DNA of 64,000 nt, taken from the NCBI RefSeq assembly GCF_009914755.1, contig NC_060927.1; one strand, given 5' to 3'. Under the pieces are notes generated by a model. The model saw nothing but the letters and a program-made list of their open reading frames with translations. It did not search any database and had not been told where the DNA came from. The DNA is from the human T2T-CHM13v2.0 reference genome, Homo sapiens. Positions 61,138 to 64,000 of this stretch are shown piece after piece. Within the stretch, counting starts at the first letter, position 1, and each line of letters starts with the position of its first letter. The position numbers and the translations under genes were made by a program.

Positions 61138-62161
61138 TTCACTCTGTTGATAGGGTCCTGTTTTTCACCTTTATTAATGGAAATCGCAACATTTACCTAG
61201 ATCATGAGCATGTTACTTCTTTTCGCTTTAGAGATCCAAATGGTCACCATTATCATGAGTACAAATCAGAGGAGTGATTTCCTATTGTTTTAGTCCTCAA
61301 TCTTGGATGAAATTACAAATCAAACCTACCAAGATGCACACCTTCCACGTTACATGCTGCAGGTGGTTTTCTGAAGCCTAACTGCATATTAGATATCAAT
61401 GACTAAATTTTTTCAGACATTTTTTAAATGCAAATTGCACATTATGTCAAATTAATTTTAACATAGCTTACTTATTATTTATAATTAAATTTAGGGTAAT
61501 TTTTCTACTTTGGAGAGTTCCAATAGTTAAGAAAATTGAAAAATTAGTCATCATAAACAAATGAAAAAATAAATGTCCTTTGATATATAAAGTCCAATTT
61601 ATCTATTTTTTATTTTGTTAACTGCTTTTGATGTCATTTAAGGAATCACTGCCAAATCCAAAGTCATGATGATTTTCTCCTGTTTTCTTCTAAGAGTTTT
61701 TAGTTTATAGTTTAAGCTTTTAAATGTAGGTCTTTGATGCATTTTGGGATTCATTTTTGTATATGGTATTAGGTAAGGGTCCAATTTAATTCTTTTGCAT
61801 GTGAATGTTCAGTTTTCCCAGCACCATCTGTTGAAAAAACTATTCTTGTTCTGCTGGCTGGTCTTAGCACCTTTGTCAAAGATCAGATTGTGTTTGATAA
61901 AGATAAAATCTATTGATATATAATTCTTCAGAGCCATTCTACAACAGCACATACTTATACACTTAAATCTGATGTTCAATCACTGGTTTCAGCAAAAATT
62001 TATAAGCCAATTTGTACCAGGAGTTGGGTACACAGCTATGAACAGAGACACACAGCACTTTTGCCCTGATGACTGTACTTTCTACCAGGGAATGTAAACA
62101 AATAATCAATTACTCAGTTGCTCACTTACAGCTGGAATACGCCCTATAAAGGATAAATAGA

Positions 62162-62483
<322 letters not shown>

Positions 62484-64000
62484 TTAACAGATGGCCCCTG
62501 TGTGGTGGTCAGTGAAGGCTTCAGAAATGGCAATGGATCTCAGCTCTGAAGGATAAGAAGGAATCAGAAGTATGAACATTCCCAACAAAATGTGCTATAT
62601 GTTCAAATGTCCTAGAGCAAGATAAAGCGTGTCTTAGAGGAACTGAATGGCTAGTGTGGCTGAAAAGCAGTGAGGGGGAGAGACAAAATCACAAGATGAA
62701 AGTGGCATCATTAATTTATAACATAGAACAAGACAATCTAGAATACTGATTTTTCAAGTAATAGCATACATTCCAATATTCACTCAGCACTGACCTGGGT
62801 TTATTTTATCTCTATCAACAAAAAAAGGAAAAATGAAGGAAAAGTATAAATGGCAATGTTGTAAATTAATTGTCTTAAACCCTTCTAACACTTTACATCA
62901 TTCTGTGGCTCTTAATATATTTTAAGTCATAAGTATTTGGTAAGACTCATTAATGTAAGTATCAAATACTACAATAAAAATCTATTTTGTGCAATGGGAA
63001 TATAGAGTAATTTGTGTACCTATATAATGAGATTGTAAATTAGGGCTGGTATTCTTATTCATCTGTATACGCAGTGCAGCCCCCAGCACGGTGCATTACT
63101 CCCTGTGAGCCCTCAAACAGTTATGAGTGAATCCAGGCTCCCATGACTCACAGTTTGTGTTGCTAATTGGCACACACCCTGATCTGAAGTTAGCTGGCAG
63201 AAATCTCCCAAGAGACATTGACTAAAGAAACAAAACAGCTCGTGATTTTTTTTTTTTAGAACAAAAGGAATTTAAAAGAACCAAAATGGAAGTGTTATCA
63301 GTTAGAGTTATTTTAGAAAGCAGGCTAAACACACCACTTTTTGAATATATTGGAAAAAAAGCTTAACCTGAAGAACATGAAGAAAGCTCAAAGACTGAAA
63401 AAAGTTCGTAAGTTTCCTGGTCCCTAACAGGGGGATGGGGGAGAGATAGGGAGAAAAACAAAAAGAAAGTTCAAAGTTTTAGACCTCCTGACAGCAACTG
63501 TGAGGAAAATAATGTTTCTATGGCCATGAGGACAGAAATGCACCATGGATGCAGGAGGAAAAAAACAACAAGCTGGGAGGAGGAGCTGCTGGCCAGGACT
63601 GGAACGAACAATAGGTTTTTCCACAGGATCTAGTCTGTCTCTCCTTTTCTCTCACAAATGAACAATTAGTGCTTCTGGCTGGCCCTGTGCTGTGCCCATC
63701 TGTGTTGTGTCCCGGCTGTTTGCTAGGGCTCTTGTGGAATCTGTCAGCATCATACACCACATTGGCTCCCTGGGGCCCAATGAGCAGAATAGGCTCCGCT
63801 CCATTATTTTAATGTAAAAGAAGCACAAAGGCTTTCAGTCTTTCTTCAAAAAATATCCACTATTTCAGTTTCTACAAGCAAAGAATGTTCCCAAAACTCA
63901 TGAAAGAATACAAACATTTCAAAAAAGAAAAAAGGACAGCCAAGATAAAAAACTCACAATGAATTGCTTTAGGAAGAAGTCTTATCCCTCTACAACACCA

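Larger units (their letters stand above)
59030..61890 (-). mobile_element. L1MB-like 3' portion, interrupted at ~60022-61137 and ~61160-61574
   Basis: Antisense L1 3'UTR/ORF2 motifs continue collinearly across both inserts (TTCTCCCATTCC...TTCACTCTGTTGATAG.GTCCT...TTGAT). Confidence 0.8.

Overview
Primate (human-like) genomic DNA, AT-rich and packed with Alu, L1, L2, LTR and DNA-transposon fragments. The minus strand carries the last 13 coding exons of an FGGY-family kinase that I recognise as GK5 (58082 down to the TAA at 18916). They have GT-AG junctions and join in phase to 1273 nt, or 423 complete codons plus the stop. A ~8 kb Alu-rich 3'UTR follows, probably ending near an ATTAAA at 10842-10847. 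A CpG island at ~2230-3110 is a minus-strand promoter with a non-coding first exon, assigned to TFDP2 from my recollection of 3q23 gene order only. I see no clearly new biological system. The most interesting signals are a candidate poison exon with three tandem in-frame stops, an alternative-polyadenylation/inverted-Alu layout in the 3'UTR, a 5'-truncated HERV-K (MER11D/HML-7-like) env plus LTR remnant inside an L1, a complex templated insertion in an L1, and a perfect 30-bp direct repeat flanking one exon. Exon boundaries were counted by hand. Repeat boundaries and subfamilies are by eye and approximate, and exon numbers assume a 16-exon GK5 model from memory.
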